Shown here one piece after another: positions 26,677 through 36,194 of a DNA stretch of 64,000 nucleotides. Origin of the DNA: Paracoccus sp. (in: a-proteobacteria) (lineage in GTDB: Bacteria; Pseudomonadota; Alphaproteobacteria; Rhodobacterales; Rhodobacteraceae); the NCBI RefSeq assembly GCF_047605025.1, contig NZ_JASGGO010000015.1, positions 2,970 through 66,969 of the forward strand, written 5' to 3'. The notes beneath the pieces were generated by a model. That model had not been told where the DNA came from, searched no databases, and was given only the letters and a program-made list of their open reading frames with translations. Every line of letters starts with the position of its first letter. Within the stretch, counting starts at the first letter, position 1. The position numbers and the translations under genes are program-made.

Positions 26677-28148
26677 CAGTCGCGGCGCTCGAAGCGGTCG
26701 CGCACCAGCCGGTCCAGCGCCAGCACGCCCCAGCCGCTGGCACCCTTGGGCGAAAGCGCGGTCTCGCCCGGCGGCAGGGCCACACCCGCGATGTCAAGAT
26801 GGATCCAGGGCAGATCCTCGCGCACGAAGCGTTGCAGAAACTGCGCCGCGGTGATCGAGCCGGCGGGCCGCCCGCCGGTATTCTTCACATCCGCCAGCCG
26901 CGAATCTATCAGCTTGTCATAGGCACCGGCCAGAGGCAGGCGCCAGGCCCCCTCTCCCTCGGCACGGGCGGCCGCCAGAAACTGCGTCGCAAACGCATCG
27001 TCGTTCGAGAAGACCCCGGCGTTCTCGTGCCCCAGCGCGATGATCACGGCCCCGGTCAGCGTCGCCAGATCGACGATCGCGGCGGGCTTGAAACGCTCCT
27101 GCGCATACCAAAGCACATCGGCCAGAACCAGCCGGCCCTCGGCATCGGTGTTGATCACCTCGATCGTGTCGCCCTTCATGGACTTCACGATATCGCCGGG
27201 ACGCTGGGCGCGACCGTCGGGCATGTTCTCGACCAGGCCGACCAGGCCCACGACATTGGCCTTGGCGCCGCGCAGCGCCAACGCGCGCATGACCCCGGCG
27301 ACGACACCCGCCCCGCCCATGTCCATGGTCATCTCCTCCATGCCCGCGGCGGGCTTGATCGAGATCCCGCCGGTGTCGAAGACGACGCCCTTGCCGACCA
27401 GCGCCAGGGGCGCCTCGTCACCGCCGCCGTTCCAGCGCATGACCACGACCTTGGACGGGCTTTCCGAACCCTGGCCCACGCCCAGAAGCGCACGCATGCC
27501 CAGCTTCTCCAGCGCGTCCTCTTCCAGCACCTCGACCTCAAGGCCCAGCGCGCCCATGGCCAGCAGGCGGTCGGCGAAATCGCCGGTGGTCAGCACGTTC
27601 GCCGGCTCATTCACCAGGTCGCGGGTGAAGAACACGCCCTCGGCCAGGGCCGCGCCGGGCCGGGCGGCCCTGGCCAAAGCCTCGGCATCGCCATGCATGA
27701 AAACGACACGGCCCCGGCCCGCCTGCTCGTCCTTTCTGGCGCTTTTATAGGCATCGAAATCATAAGCCCGCAGCGCCAGGCCCAGCGCGACCTCGGCGGC
27801 CTGGGGATGGCTCTCGGCCAGGACCGTCACACCCGGTTTGCCAAGCCTGGCGCCGATGGACGCGCCGGCCCGGCGCGCGGTCAGCGCATCGGCGCGGCGC
27901 GGCAGGGATACCAGTTGCAGCGCCTCGGCCGCCATCCCCGCGGGAAAGCCCAGTTCCAGGGATTTGCCCGGCTTCACGCCTTTCCAGGCATCCGAGGCGA
28001 TCGCCCGCAGCGCCGCCTCGCGCGCGGCGCGCGGCAGGCCGGCGGGCAGGCGCCCAGTCTCGGGGACCAGGATCGCCACGCGGCCCTCGCGCTCGGCCAG
28101 GCCCGCGCTCTGCGTCTGGGTGAAGGAAATTTCGACCGGCTGGGCCAT
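26676..28148 (-). CDS. pepA: Leucyl aminopeptidase (M17)
   Basis: VGKGVVFDTGGISIKP and NTDAEGRLVLAD signatures. Confidence 0.95.
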   Translation of the reverse strand: MAQPVEISFTQTQSAGLAEREGRVAILVPETGRLPAGLPRAAREAALRAIASDAWKGVKPGKSLELGFPAGMAAEALQLVSLPRRADALTARRAGASIGARLGKPGVTVLAESHPQAAEVALGLALRAYDFDAYKSARKDEQAGRGRVVFMHGDAEALARAARPGAALAEGVFFTRDLVNEPANVLTTGDFADRLLAMGALGLEVEVLEEDALEKLGMRALLGVGQGSESPSKVVVMRWNGGGDEAPLALVGKGVVFDTGGISIKPAAGMEEMTMDMGGAGVVAGVMRALALRGAKANVVGLVGLVENMPDGRAQRPGDIVKSMKGDTIEVINTDAEGRLVLADVLWYAQERFKPAAIVDLATLTGAVIIALGHENAGVFSNDDAFATQFLAAARAEGEGAWRLPLAGAYDKLIDSRLADVKNTGGRPAGSITAAQFLQRFVREDLPWIHLDIAGVALPPGETALSPKGASGWGVLALDRLVRDRFERRD

Positions 28149-28282
28149 GATGCTCTCCGCGCTGCTTTGCGTTCGGGGCCGAACCTAGTCAGACAACCGG
28201 CGCTTGACCAGAGCCGGGGCTTTCGCAAACCGGACCTAGCGGCTATGCAGTCAGCAAGACGCCGACGAGAGCCGCCCGACAC

Positions 28283-29413
28283 ATGCCCCGGATCGACCGC
28301 TATATCCTGTCGCAGTTCCTGACGCTGTTCGGGTTCTTCGCGCTGGTCCTGGTCTCGGTCTATTGGATCAACCGGGCAGTGTCCCTGTTCGAGCAACTGA
28401 TCCAGGACGGCCAGACAGCGCTGGTGGTGCTGGAATTCACCGCGCTGACGCTGCCTCTGGTCATCTCGGTCGTGCTGCCCATCGCGGCCTTCACCGCGAC
28501 GGCCTACGGCACCAACCGTCTGGCCAACGAATCCGAACTCGTGGCCGCGCAATCGGCGGGCATGTCGCCCTGGAGGATGGCCCGGCCGGTGCTGGTCTTC
28601 GGCCTGGTGGTCGCGGTCATGGTCGCGGTCCTGGTGCATCTGCTGGTGCCGATGGCGCGGGGCCGCATGGCCGACCGCCAGGCCGAGATCGCCCAGAACG
28701 TGACCGCGCAATTCCTGCGCGCGGGGGGATTTCAGTTCCCGGTCGACGGCGTCACGCTTTACATCCGCGAGATCACCGGCGACGGGCGGCTTCAGGACTT
28801 CTATCTTGAGGACGCGCGCAATCCCTTGGACGAAAGCACCTATACCGCGACCGAGGCGCTTGTGATCAGGACCAAGGCCGGGCCGCGCCTGGTGATGCTG
28901 CACGGCATGATCCAGAACCTGCGCCGGATCCAGGGCCAGCAACGGCTTTCGGTGACACGCTTCGACGAACTGGCCTATGACCTGGCCGGGCTGGTCAGCA
29001 AGAGCACCAACCGCAAGCGCGACCTGCGCAGCTATTCGACCTGGCGGCTGCTCACCCCCGACGCGGAACTGCTGTCGGCGACCGGCGCCTCGCCCGAGGA
29101 CGCGCTGGCCGAGGCGCATGAGCGGCTGGCCAAGCCGCTGATGTCGCCCATCGCGGCGATGCTGGGCTTTGCCATGCTGCTTCTGGGGGGCTTCAGCCGC
29201 TTTGGCGTCTGGCGTCAGGTAATCTGGGCGGTGGTGGCGCTGATCTTCGTGCAGTTCCTGATCACGGCGGCCGAGAATCAGGTGGCGCAGTCCCCCGCCC
29301 GCTGGCCGCTGATCTATCTGCCGCCGGCGGTCGGGGCGCTGATCTGCGTGCTTGTGCTGTGGCTCGCGGCCAGGCCGCGACGGCCGCGCGGAACGGCGAG
29401 GACCGCGACATGA
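28283..29413 (+). CDS. lptF: LPS export ABC permease LptF
   Basis: MPRIDRYILSQFL YjgP/YjgQ N-terminus. Multi-TM with a periplasmic loop. Followed by lptG. Confidence 0.9.
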   Translation: MPRIDRYILSQFLTLFGFFALVLVSVYWINRAVSLFEQLIQDGQTALVVLEFTALTLPLVISVVLPIAAFTATAYGTNRLANESELVAAQSAGMSPWRMARPVLVFGLVVAVMVAVLVHLLVPMARGRMADRQAEIAQNVTAQFLRAGGFQFPVDGVTLYIREITGDGRLQDFYLEDARNPLDESTYTATEALVIRTKAGPRLVMLHGMIQNLRRIQGQQRLSVTRFDELAYDLAGLVSKSTNRKRDLRSYSTWRLLTPDAELLSATGASPEDALAEAHERLAKPLMSPIAAMLGFAMLLLGGFSRFGVWRQVIWAVVALIFVQFLITAAENQVAQSPARWPLIYLPPAVGALICVLVLWLAARPRRPRGTARTAT

Positions 29414-30531
29414 TCCTTTCAGCCTATGTCGGGCGGCGTTTCCTGCGCATGCTGATCGTGGTGGCGGCGATCTTCGCCGCGATCCTGTTCCTGATCGACA
29501 TCGTCGAGCAGATCCGCCGCTTTTCCGGCGAGGGCATCGGTCTGACGGGGGCGGCGGGCCTCTCGGCGCTGAACATCACGGCAAGCTTCTATTCCATCCT
29601 GCCGCTGATCACCGTGCTGGCGGGGATCGCGCTGTTTCTGAACCTGTCGCGCAGTTCCGAACTGGTCGCGATCCGCGCCTCGGGCCGGTCGGGCATCCGC
29701 GTGCTGGCGGCGCCCGCCGTGGCGGCGGCGCTGGCGGGCGCGCTTTGCGTCGCGGTGCTGAACCCGGTGGTCGCGGCGACCTCGAAACGCTATGACGCGG
29801 CGGTCCAGCGCATCCAGACCGATGGCAGCCAGACCGTCAGCCTGGGCGAGGATGCCGTCTGGCTGCGCCAGGCGCTGCGCAGTCAGGACAGCGAGGGCAA
29901 GGAGGTGCGCGGCCAGGTGGTGATCCGCGCCAGCCGCGCCAGCCCCGACGCGACCACGCTTTATAACGCGACATTCATGGTATTTGCCCCGGATCAGGGA
30001 CCGATCCGCCGCCTGGACGCCGCCGAGGCGCGGCTGACGCGCGGCGCCTGGGAATTGCGCAAGGTCAAGGAATGGCCGCTGACCGCCGCGAATCCCGAAC
30101 TGATGTCGCAGACGCTGGAAGCGATGGAGCTTCCCACCGATCTGACCGCCGCGCGCATCCGCGACAGTTTCGGCCGCCCCGAGGCGATTCCGATCTGGCA
30201 ACTGCCCGCCTTCATCCGGGGGCTGGAGCGGGCCGGCTTCTCGGCCCAGCGGCACAAGGTCTGGTTCCATATGGAACTGGCGCGCCCGCTGCTGATGGCG
30301 GCGATGGTGGCCATTGCGGCGGTCTTCACCATGCGGCATATGCGCGGGCGCAAGACCGGCATGCTGGTGCTGGGCGCCTTCGGCTGCGGCATCGGGCTGT
30401 TCTTCCTGCGCAACCTGGCGCAGGTTCTTGGGGATAACGGCGACATCCCGGCGGCTATGGCCGGATGGACGCCGCCGATCGTGGCGCTTCTTTTCGCGCT
30501 TGGCGCGCTGCTGCGGCTGGAGGACGGATGA
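29410..30531 (+). CDS. lptG: LPS export ABC permease LptG
   Basis: MILSAYVGRRFL start overlapping the lptF stop (ATGA). YjgP/YjgQ architecture. Confidence 0.9.
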   Translation: MILSAYVGRRFLRMLIVVAAIFAAILFLIDIVEQIRRFSGEGIGLTGAAGLSALNITASFYSILPLITVLAGIALFLNLSRSSELVAIRASGRSGIRVLAAPAVAAALAGALCVAVLNPVVAATSKRYDAAVQRIQTDGSQTVSLGEDAVWLRQALRSQDSEGKEVRGQVVIRASRASPDATTLYNATFMVFAPDQGPIRRLDAAEARLTRGAWELRKVKEWPLTAANPELMSQTLEAMELPTDLTAARIRDSFGRPEAIPIWQLPAFIRGLERAGFSAQRHKVWFHMELARPLLMAAMVAIAAVFTMRHMRGRKTGMLVLGAFGCGIGLFFLRNLAQVLGDNGDIPAAMAGWTPPIVALLFALGALLRLEDG

Positions 30532-32972
30532 TGGCACGAGCCAGGCATGCAATGAAAAGGCGGCGAATGGCCGGAAAAGCGACAGCCAGGGCCGTGGCCG
30601 GGACAGCGTGGCGGACAGGGGCGATGGCCTGCCTTCTGGCGGCCGGTCCCGCGCTGGTGCCAGGCGCGGCCCTGGCGCAAAGCCTGGCCCCCGATGGCCA
30701 GACCCTGCCGGTCTATGGCACCGGCGACGACTTCATCGACAGCGCCGGCCCGGCCCTTGCGCCCACGGGCAGCGACAGCAACCAGCGCCTGGCCGACGGC
30801 ACCGAGGCATCGCAGACGCCAAACGTCGCGGCCGGGCGGAGCGCGCTGCGCATCGCCCCCGGCGCCGGAACGGATGGGCAGTCCTCGGGCAGTCCCGCCA
30901 CGCTGCTGGCCGATCAGGTGACGCTGGGCGCGGACAATACGCTGACCGCCTCGGGCGGGGTGGTGATCTGGTATCAGGGCACGCGGCTCGTCGCCTCTCG
31001 CGTGGTCTATGACCGCAAGACCGGCGGCGCGGTAATCGAGGGGCCGATCCACCTGAGCCAGCCGGCCCGGCGTGGCCAACCGCAGGAAACCATCGTCATC
31101 GCCGACAGCGCCCAGCTTGACGCGAACCTTCAGGACGGCATCCTGCGCGGCGCGCGGCTGGTCCTGGCGCGCGAATTGCAGCTTGCCGCCCGGCAGATGC
31201 GGCGCGAGGATAACGGCCGGCTGACCACGCTGGATAATGTCGCGGCATCAAGCTGCCAGATCTGCGCCGACGACCCCATCCCCCTGTGGGAAATCCGCGC
31301 CCGCAGGATCACCCATGATGCCCAGACCCAGATGCTGCATTTCGACCAGCCGCAATTCCGCGCCCTGGGCCTGCCCATCGCCAGCCTGCCCGCGCTGACC
31401 GCGCCCGATCCCACGGTCGAGCGGATGACGGGGTTTCTCTCGCCCGAGTTTCGCACCACCTCGGGCCTGGGCTTCGGGATCAAGCTGCCCTATTTCGTAA
31501 CCTTGGGCGATCATGCGGACGTGACGCTGACGCCCTATGTCGCGGCCAGCCGCACCTCGACGCTGGAACTGCGCTATCGCCAGGCGTTCCAGAACGGCGT
31601 CATGGAACTGGACGGCGCCATCAGCCGCGACGATATCGAACGTGGCGTGACGCGCGGCTATCTGTTTGGCGCGGCGCGATTCGAATTGCCGCGCGGCTAT
31701 CAACTGGGCCTGCAATTGCAGATCGCCAAGGACCGGGCCTATCTGCTGGACTACGACATCACCGATGCCGACCGGCTTTGGAGCGGGGTCACGCTGGACC
31801 GGGTGGCGCGGGACCGGCTGCTGACCGCGCGCATGGGGAATTACGAATCGCTGCGCGACGACGAGGCCGCGGAACTGACACCCTCGTTCGTGGCGGATGC
31901 GCTGTGGCAAAGGCGCTGGCAACCCAAGCGGATCGGCGGCATCGCCAGCATGGAATGGTCGCTGCACGCGCATCGCCGCGCCTCCGGCGTCGACGTGAGC
32001 GGCCGCGACATGGCGCGCGGCTCGTTCACGCTGGACTGGCAAAGGAACGAAGTCCTGCCCCTGGGAATGCTCGGCAAGGTCGAGACGCAGCTTAACGCCG
32101 ATCTTTATCGTATCAACCAGGACAGCGATTATGAGGATTGGGTGATCCGCGCCGATCCGACCCTGGCCGCCGAGCTGCGCTGGCCCTTCGCCCGCCATGC
32201 CGGTGGCGTCACGCATATCATCGAGCCGGTGGCGCAGCTGATCTGGTCGCCCGAGCGCGTTCACAGCAACGATGTCCCGAACGAAGACAGCCAACTGATC
32301 GAGTTCGACGAGGGCAATCTGTTCTCGCTGGACCGCTTTCCGGGCTGGGACGCGCGCGAAAGCGGTTTGCGCGCCAATATCGGCGTCGGCTGGACCCGGA
32401 TCGACCCCTCGGGCTGGTCGATCGGCCTGACCGGGGGCCGGGTGTTGCGCACCGAACCCGACTCCGATTTCCAGAAGACCGGGCCACAGGGACGCAAAAG
32501 CTCGGACTGGCTCATCTCGGCCAATTATCAATCGGCGAACGGGCTGGCGCTGGTGAACCGGGCGCTGATCGACGACAGCCTGTCGATCAGCCGCAACGAG
32601 TTGCGCCTGGGCTGGCTGCGGCCCGGATTGCAGCTTTCCGCGGGCTATCTGTGGCTTGATTCGAACGCGGCCGAGGACCGGCTGGAAGATGCCTCGGAAC
32701 TGACCACGACTGCCGGATGGCAGATCCGGGACGGCTGGTGGGCCACGGCCGAGACGCGCTACGACTTCATCGCCGACCGTGCCCAGAAAGCCGAACTGGG
32801 CCTGAAATACCGCAACGAATGCATCACCGTCGAAATGTCGGTCGAGCGGCGATTCACCTCGACCGACACGTTGCGCGCGGATACGAGCTTCGATCTGGGC
32901 GTGCGGCTGGGCGGTTTCGGCAAGCAGTCGTCGGGGTCGGGAACGGTGGCGCGCCGCGCCTGCCTGCGTTAA
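30528..32972 (+). CDS. lptD: LPS assembly outer-membrane protein LptD
   Basis: The start overlaps the lptG stop (ATGA). Signal peptide, OstA-like N-domain (LTASGGVVIWYQGTRL) and a large beta-barrel region. Confidence 0.9.
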   Translation: MMARARHAMKRRRMAGKATARAVAGTAWRTGAMACLLAAGPALVPGAALAQSLAPDGQTLPVYGTGDDFIDSAGPALAPTGSDSNQRLADGTEASQTPNVAAGRSALRIAPGAGTDGQSSGSPATLLADQVTLGADNTLTASGGVVIWYQGTRLVASRVVYDRKTGGAVIEGPIHLSQPARRGQPQETIVIADSAQLDANLQDGILRGARLVLARELQLAARQMRREDNGRLTTLDNVAASSCQICADDPIPLWEIRARRITHDAQTQMLHFDQPQFRALGLPIASLPALTAPDPTVERMTGFLSPEFRTTSGLGFGIKLPYFVTLGDHADVTLTPYVAASRTSTLELRYRQAFQNGVMELDGAISRDDIERGVTRGYLFGAARFELPRGYQLGLQLQIAKDRAYLLDYDITDADRLWSGVTLDRVARDRLLTARMGNYESLRDDEAAELTPSFVADALWQRRWQPKRIGGIASMEWSLHAHRRASGVDVSGRDMARGSFTLDWQRNEVLPLGMLGKVETQLNADLYRINQDSDYEDWVIRADPTLAAELRWPFARHAGGVTHIIEPVAQLIWSPERVHSNDVPNEDSQLIEFDEGNLFSLDRFPGWDARESGLRANIGVGWTRIDPSGWSIGLTGGRVLRTEPDSDFQKTGPQGRKSSDWLISANYQSANGLALVNRALIDDSLSISRNELRLGWLRPGLQLSAGYLWLDSNAAEDRLEDASELTTTAGWQIRDGWWATAETRYDFIADRAQKAELGLKYRNECITVEMSVERRFTSTDTLRADTSFDLGVRLGGFGKQSSGSGTVARRACLR

Positions 32973-33003
32973 GGTCTGGCGAAACGAAGCGGCGAGGGAG
33001 CTG

Positions 33004-34284
33004 ATGCGTCGAATTCTTATGGCTGCGGCTGCGACCGCGATTCTGGCCGGCACGGGCACGCTGCCCGGCCTTGGCCCGCTGCCCGCAAAGGCGCAAGGCA
33101 ACCCGTTCCAGCCGCTGGTCTATGTGAACGGGGGAGCCGTGACCCGGTTCGAACTGGACCAGCGCATGCGCTTCATGCAGATCCTGCGCGCGCCCCAGAC
33201 CGACCGCGCCTCGATCGAGAAGGAGTTGATCGACGACAGGCTGAAGGCCCAGGCCGCCAAGCAGGCCGGCATCTCGGCCAGCGAAGAGCAGGTCAATGCC
33301 GGGCTTGAGGAGTTCGCCAGCCGAGGCAATCTGAGCACCGAGCAATTCGTCCAACTGTTGTCCCATAGCGGGATCGAGCGGCAAACCCTCGTGGATTATG
33401 TGACGACGCAGGTTTTGTGGCGCGAATTCATCCGCCAGCGCGTCGTGGGCATGGTGCGCGTCAGTGATGCCGAGGTCGATCAGGCGCTGAAGAAGGTGCT
33501 GGAAACGCCGCGCGTGACCAGCGTGTCGCTGTCCGAGCTGATCATCCCCGCCCCGCCCGGCCAGGAAGACAAGGCCATGGCCCTGGCCGAACGCATCACG
33601 GCCCAGACCCGAGGCGAAAGCGATTTCGCCGCCTTTGCCCGGCAATATTCGGCCACGCCCTCGGCTCCGAATGGCGGGCGGCTGCCGACGACCCCGCTGG
33701 CGAACCTGCCGCCCAGCCTGCGTCCGATCCTGTTGCAGATGCAGCCCGGCCAGGTGAGCCAACCCTTGCAGGTGCAAGGCGCGGTGGTGCTGTTCTTCCT
33801 GCGCGGCACGCAGGGTTCTCTGCGCCCCGGCGCGACCGAGCAGGTGCTGGATTTCGTGCGCTTTCGTCTGGCCTCGGCGCAGGAGGCGGCGCGGATCGCG
33901 GCGGTCTCGGACACATGCGCGGATGTTTTCGTTCACGCGCGCGGGTTGCCGCCCGAGCAGATCCAGCGCCAGACCCTGCCCCAGGGCCAGATCCCCACGG
34001 GCGAGGCGTTGCGGCTGGCGGTGCTGGACGACAATGAAAGCACGATCATCGACCAAGGTGGCGCGGTCGAGCTTCTGATGCTGTGCAAGCGCAGTCCCGC
34101 CCTGCTGGCGAACCCGGCCCCGCCCCCGGTGGATGCGGGAAATGACGCGCCCGCGCAGCCCGATCCGAACGCCCTGCCGCAGCGAAACGACGTGCAGAAC
34201 CAGATCTATAACGCCAAGATCGGCCAGGCTGCGGAAAACAGCCTGGCGGAGCTGCGCGCCAATGCGATCATCCGCCGTCCCTGA
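33004..34284 (+). CDS. surA: SurA-like periplasmic chaperone / peptidyl-prolyl isomerase
   Basis: Signal peptide and SurA_N-like helical domain. Position between lptD and pdxA matches the conserved cluster. Confidence 0.82.
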   Translation: MRRILMAAAATAILAGTGTLPGLGPLPAKAQGNPFQPLVYVNGGAVTRFELDQRMRFMQILRAPQTDRASIEKELIDDRLKAQAAKQAGISASEEQVNAGLEEFASRGNLSTEQFVQLLSHSGIERQTLVDYVTTQVLWREFIRQRVVGMVRVSDAEVDQALKKVLETPRVTSVSLSELIIPAPPGQEDKAMALAERITAQTRGESDFAAFARQYSATPSAPNGGRLPTTPLANLPPSLRPILLQMQPGQVSQPLQVQGAVVLFFLRGTQGSLRPGATEQVLDFVRFRLASAQEAARIAAVSDTCADVFVHARGLPPEQIQRQTLPQGQIPTGEALRLAVLDDNESTIIDQGGAVELLMLCKRSPALLANPAPPPVDAGNDAPAQPDPNALPQRNDVQNQIYNAKIGQAAENSLAELRANAIIRRP

Positions 34285-34297
34285 CGGCACCACCCGC

Positions 34298-34320
34298 CGG
34301 GGGCTCCGCCCCCGCGTTTT
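34298..34320 (+). terminator. Intrinsic terminator after surA
   Basis: CGGGGGC-tcc-GCCCCCG followed by CGTTTT. Confidence 0.6.
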
Positions 34321-34376
34321 GCGTGCCCCTAAATGGGGCGCGCAAAGCGCTCCCCCGGGATATTTGGACAAGAAAG
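34314..34376 (+). repeat. 16-bp hairpin (34314-34350) plus intergenic box copy B (34357-34376, GGGATATTTGGACAAGAAAG)
   Basis: GCGTTTTGCGTGCCCC-taaat-GGGGCGCGCAAAGCGC with two G:U pairs only on the plus strand. The box ends 1 nt before the pdxA ATG. Confidence 0.65.
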
Positions 34377-34377
34377 A

Positions 34378-35349
34378 ATGAGTTTGGCCCGGCCCATCAT
34401 CCTGACCTGCGGCGAACCAGCGGGGGTCGGCCCGGAACTGGCGCCGAAGGCGCTGGCATCGGGCGTGCCCTTCGTCTTTCTGGGCGATCCCCGGCATCTG
34501 CCCGAAGGAACGGACTGGGTCGAACTGGAAGCCCTGTCGGAACCGCTGCCCGAGGGACGGCTGGCGGTACTGCGCCACGAGTTTCCGACGCCCCGCGTGG
34601 CAGGGCAACCCGACCCCGCCAATGCGCAGGCCGTGATCGACGTGATCGCGCGGGCGGTGGGTCTGGCCCAATCCGGGGCGGCGGGCGGGATCTGCACGCT
34701 GCCGATCAGCAAGGAGGCGCTGAAGCGGGGCGCGAGTTTTCCCTTTCCGGGTCATACGGAATATCTGGCGCATCTGGCGGGTGGCGTGCCGGTGGCCATG
34801 ATGCTGGCCTCGACCGAAGCCGAGCCGCCTTGCCGGGTGGTGCCGGTGACGATCCATATCGCCCTGTCCCAGGTCCCGGCGGCCTTCACCCCCGCCGCTT
34901 TGGAGCAGGCGATCCGCATGACCGACGCCGCATTACGCCGGGATTTCGGCATTCAGGCACCACGGCTGGCCGTGGCCGGGCTGAACCCGCATGCCGGCGA
35001 GAATGGCGTGATGGGCCATGAGGAAGCGACCTGGATCGCGGCCCTGGTTGCGCGGCTGCGCGGCGAGGGGTTTGCGCTGACCGGCCCTCTGCCCGCGGAC
35101 ACGATGTTTCACGCCCCGGCGCGCAGCCGCTATGACGCCGCGATCTGTGCCTATCACGATCAGGCGCTGATCCCGATCAAGACGCTGGATTTCGCGGGCG
35201 GGGTCAATGTGACGCTGGGCCTGCCATTCGTGCGGACCTCTCCCGATCACGGCACCGCCTTCGACATCGCCGGGCGCGGCATCGCCGAGGCGGGCAGCGT
35301 CGTCGCCGCCTTGCGCATGGCCTGGGAGATGGCGGGGCGCCGGGCATGA
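34378..35349 (+). CDS. pdxA: 4-hydroxythreonine-4-phosphate dehydrogenase
   Basis: [22 protein letters not shown]-terminus, [18 protein letters not shown] blocks. Confidence 0.93.
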   Translation: MSLARPIILTCGEPAGVGPELAPKALASGVPFVFLGDPRHLPEGTDWVELEALSEPLPEGRLAVLRHEFPTPRVAGQPDPANAQAVIDVIARAVGLAQSGAAGGICTLPISKEALKRGASFPFPGHTEYLAHLAGGVPVAMMLASTEAEPPCRVVPVTIHIALSQVPAAFTPAALEQAIRMTDAALRRDFGIQAPRLAVAGLNPHAGENGVMGHEEATWIAALVARLRGEGFALTGPLPADTMFHAPARSRYDAAICAYHDQALIPIKTLDFAGGVNVTLGLPFVRTSPDHGTAFDIAGRGIAEAGSVVAALRMAWEMAGRRA

Positions 35350-36194
35350 GCACGATCGACGGCCTGCCCCCCCTGCGCGAGGTCATCGCCCGCCATGACC
35401 TGCGCGCGAAGAAGCAATTGGGCCAGAACTTTCTGCTGGATCTGAATCTGACCGCCAAGATCGCGCGGGCGGCCGGGGATCTGCACGGCTGTGACGTGAT
35501 CGAGGTCGGCCCAGGCCCCGGCGGGCTGACGCGCGGGCTTCTGGCCGAGGGCGTGCGCAGGGTGCTGGCCATCGAGAAGGACGCGCGCGCCCTGCCTGCC
35601 CTGGCCGAAATCTCGGCTGCCTATCCGGGGCGGCTGGACGTGATCCTGGGCGATGCGCTGGAGGTCGATCCGCTGGCGCATCTGACGCCACCGATCCGCA
35701 TCTGCGCGAACCTGCCCTACAATGTGGGCACCGAGCTTCTGATCCGCTGGCTGACGCCGCCGGACTGGCCGCCCTTCTGGCAGTCGCTGACCCTGATGTT
35801 CCAGAAGGAAGTGGCCGAGCGTATCGTGGCCCGCCCCGGCGGCAAAGCCTATGGGCGACTGGCGGTATTGGCGCAATGGCGTTCGGACGCGAAGATCGTG
35901 ATGACCTTGCCGCCCGAGGCTTTCGTGCCGGCGCCGAAGATCCATTCGGCGGTGGTGCATCTGACCGCCCTGCCCGAGCCCCGCTTTCCCGCCGATCCGG
36001 CGGTGCTGAGCCGCGTCGTCGCGGCGGGCTTCAACCAGCGGCGCAAGATGCTGCGCGCCTCGCTGAAGGGGCTGCATCCGGGAATCGAGGATCTGCTGCT
36101 CGCAGCGGGCATCGCACCCACCGCAAGAGCCGAGGAGATCGGGCTGGAGCAATTCTGCGCGCTGGCGCGGGGATTGGCCGCCGCGCCGCGCTAA
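35346..36194 (+). CDS. rsmA: 16S rRNA (adenine1518/1519-N6)-dimethyltransferase
   Basis: [19 protein letters not shown] and ANLPYNV motifs. 4-nt overlap with pdxA. The stop TAA is formed at the IS junction. Confidence 0.95.
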   Translation: MSTIDGLPPLREVIARHDLRAKKQLGQNFLLDLNLTAKIARAAGDLHGCDVIEVGPGPGGLTRGLLAEGVRRVLAIEKDARALPALAEISAAYPGRLDVILGDALEVDPLAHLTPPIRICANLPYNVGTELLIRWLTPPDWPPFWQSLTLMFQKEVAERIVARPGGKAYGRLAVLAQWRSDAKIVMTLPPEAFVPAPKIHSAVVHLTALPEPRFPADPAVLSRVVAAGFNQRRKMLRASLKGLHPGIEDLLLAAGIAPTARAEEIGLEQFCALARGLAAAPR

